Shown in pieces: positions 35,190 to 37,625 of a stretch of DNA of 37,625 nt. The notes under the pieces were generated by a model. That model was not told the DNA's origin. It saw only the letters and a program-made list of their open reading frames with translations, and did no database searches. This stretch comes from Chiloscyllium plagiosum (lineage: Eukaryota). The first letter of the stretch is position 1. Each line of letters starts with the position of its first letter. The DNA lies in NCBI RefSeq assembly GCF_004010195.1, contig NW_025213944.1, positions 1 to 37,625 of the forward strand. The letters are read 5' to 3'. Both the position numbers and the translations under genes were made by a program.

Positions 35190-37625
35190 GATAGAGCGGC
35201 GAGGAGAGAAGATGGAGTGAAGCGAGGGCTGCTGGGAAGGGTAAGTTTTCCCATTTTTTCCTGTCTGGGAGCAGAGGGAGACACAGCGAAGGTGGAGACA
35301 AGGAGCGTCCCGGGAAGGTAAGGACTTAATATATATTTGGGCAGCGGCTAAACCAGAGATACTACACGTGAAGTATCTCTCTCCCGCCCCCCTCCTCTAA
35401 CCGGAAGAAAAAGACTCTAAGGTAAGGCTTCTATTTTTTTCTTCATCTTTATTTTTCATATATTTAAGTGCATAGTTTAGTTTTAGTTAGTTGATATAAA
35501 GCTAAAGCTGACAATGACAGGGGACCTCAGACCCCTGGCATGTACCTCTTGCTTGATGTGGGAGCTCAGGAATGTGGCTGACGTTCCTGACTCTTACACT
35601 TGCAAGACGTGTGTTCAGCTGCAGCTCTTGTTTGACTGTATGACAGCTCTGGAGCTGCGGATGGATTCACTGTGGAGCATCCGCAATGCTGAGGAGGTAG
35701 TGGATAGCACGTTTAGTGAACTGGTCACACCGCAGGTTAGAATTGCTGAGGGAGACAGTGAATAGGTGACCAAAAGGCAGAAAAGAAGTAGGAAAGCAGT
35801 GCAGGTGTCCCCTGCAACCATCTCCCTCAAACAGGTATACCGTTTTGGATACTGTTGGGGGCGATGGCTCACCAGGGGAGGGCAGCAGTTGCCAAGATCA
35901 TGGCACCGTGGCAGGCACTGCTGCTCAGAAGGGCGGGAAAAAGACCATAGTCATAGTCATAGGGGATCCTGTAGTAAGGGGAGTGGATAGGCGGTTCTGT
36001 GGCCAAAAACAGAACTCCCGGATGGTATGTAGCCGCCCAGGTGCTCCAGTCAGCGATGTCACTGATCAGCTGCAGAGCATTCTAAAGGGGGAGGGTGAAC
36101 GGCCAGTTGTCGTGGTGCATATAGGCACCAACAATAAGTAAAAAAACGAGATGAGGTCCTGAAAGAAAAATTCAGGGACCTAGGAGAGAAGATAAAGAGG
36201 AAGACCTCAAAGGTAGTGATCTCGGGATTACTACCAGTGCCACGTGCTAGCTAGTGTAGAAATGAAAAAATAGGCAGGATGAACATGTGGCTTGAGAGAT
36301 AGTATAGGAGGAAGGGATTCAGATTTGCTGGATATTGGGACCGGTTCTGGGGAAGGTGGGACTATTACAAAATGGATGGTCTACATCTGAACCAGACTGG
36401 AACCAATGTCCTTGGGGGAGTTTTTTGCTACTGCTGTTGGGGAGGTTTTAAACTAATGTGGCAGGGGTTGGGAACCAGAAGAGAAAACAAGTAGACAGCG
36501 AGGTGGAAACTGGAGACTGAAAAAGAATCATGAAGATAGTATTAATAAGGGGAAGAGTAGGCAGAGAGCAGATGAACGCAAAAGAACTGGTGGCCTGAAA
36601 TGCATCTACTTTAACGCAATGAATATAGCGTGCAAGGCAGATGAACTTAAGACTTGAATTGGTGTCTGGGAGTTATTGCAATCACAGAGACTTGGTTGAA
36701 GGAAGGGCATGATTGGCAACTAAATGTTCCAGGATATAGACACTTCAGACAGGACAGGGAGGGAAGTAAAAGGGGGGTTGGGGTGGAGTTGCATTGCTGG
36801 TCAGGGATTATATCATGCTGTGCTAAAGGAGGACACTATGGAGGGCTTAGGTAGTGAGGCATTATGGGTGGAGCTGAGAAATAAGAAGGGTACAGTTACA
36901 TTGATGGGGCTGTATTACAGGCCTCCCAACAGTGAGTGAGAGGTAGAAAAACAAATAGGTAAACAGATTATGGAAAGATATGGAGGCAAGAGGGTAGTGG
37001 TGATGGGAGATTTTAATTTTCCCAACATTGACTGAAATACACTTAGTGTCAGAGGTCTGGATGGGATGGAATTTGTAAGAAGCATCCAGGAGAGTTTTCT
37101 CGAGCAGTGTGCCAATAGTCCGACGAGGGAAGGGGCCATATTGGACCTGGTATTGGGGAATGAGCCAGGACAGGTGGTAGAAGTTGTGGTGGGGGATTTC
37201 TTTGGGCACAGTGACCACAATTCTGTAAGTTTTAGAATACTCATAGACAAAGATGAGAGTGGTTCTAAGGGAAGAATACTAAACTGGACCAAGGCCAATT
37301 ATATTAGGCAGGAGCTGGGAAATGTGGTTTGAGAGCAGCTATTTGAAGGGAAGTCCATATTTGATATGTGGGAGGCTTTCAAAGACAGTGCAGGATAGGC
37401 ATGTCCCATTTAAGGCAAAGGATAGGAAAGGCAAGATTCGTGATCCGTGGATGACAGGAGAAATCATGCGACTAGCCACGAGGTAAAGAGAAGCGTACAT
37501 AAGGTTGAGGCAGCTAAGAACAGAATGTGCCCTGGAAGAATATCGGAAGAGTAGGACAGTCTTAAACGAGGAATAAAGCGGTCATGAAATAGGGGTCATG
37601 AAATAGCTTTAGTGAGCAGAATTAA
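35190..37625 (+). mobile_element. CR1 LINE 5' portion: 5'UTR, ORF1 (CxxC..CxxC/leucine zipper plus SGNH esterase) and start of ORF2 (APE endonuclease); decayed; runs off the window
   Basis: ORF1 from 35514: CTSCLMWE..YTCKTCVQLQLL, then VIGDPVVRG, CSRPGA, VVVHIGTN, DGLHLN. ORF2: IAITETWL, GLYYRPPNS, MGDFNFP, PTREGAILDLVLGNE, HSDHNSV. In-frame stops present. Confidence 0.9.

Noticed and set aside
27066..37625. Upstream SLC6A3 exon (SDDI..M...YWR.CW) expected on the minus strand
   Set aside because: Not found by reading; it probably lies beyond the window end.

Overview
Eukaryotic (vertebrate) genomic DNA, most likely from a shark or other elasmobranch, judged from HE1-type V-SINEs and CR1/HER1-type LINE tails. 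The only host gene I can support is the 3' end of the dopamine transporter SLC6A3 on the minus strand: coding exons at 26898-27065 (168 nt), 25301-25372 (72 nt) and 19097-19120 (LRHWLMV*), all with canonical splice sites. The preceding exon is not visible, so the intron above 27065 runs past the window end. Most of the remainder is transposable-element debris: many CR1 fragments (including a 5' end with ORF1 and the APE domain), tRNA-derived SINEs, a probable solo LTR, a Harbinger-type Myb/SANT remnant and at least eight Penelope-like (PLE) pseudo-LTR insertions carrying minimal hammerhead-ribozyme motifs, most as fold-back palindromes with 11-14 bp target-site duplications. The most unusual item is a decayed, 5'-truncated R2-clade retrotransposon (about 30580-32900). 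It has no 28S rDNA flanks and is fused at its apparent native 3' end to a 5'-truncated CR1. I found no prokaryotic-type system. All family assignments come from motif recognition, not database searches.
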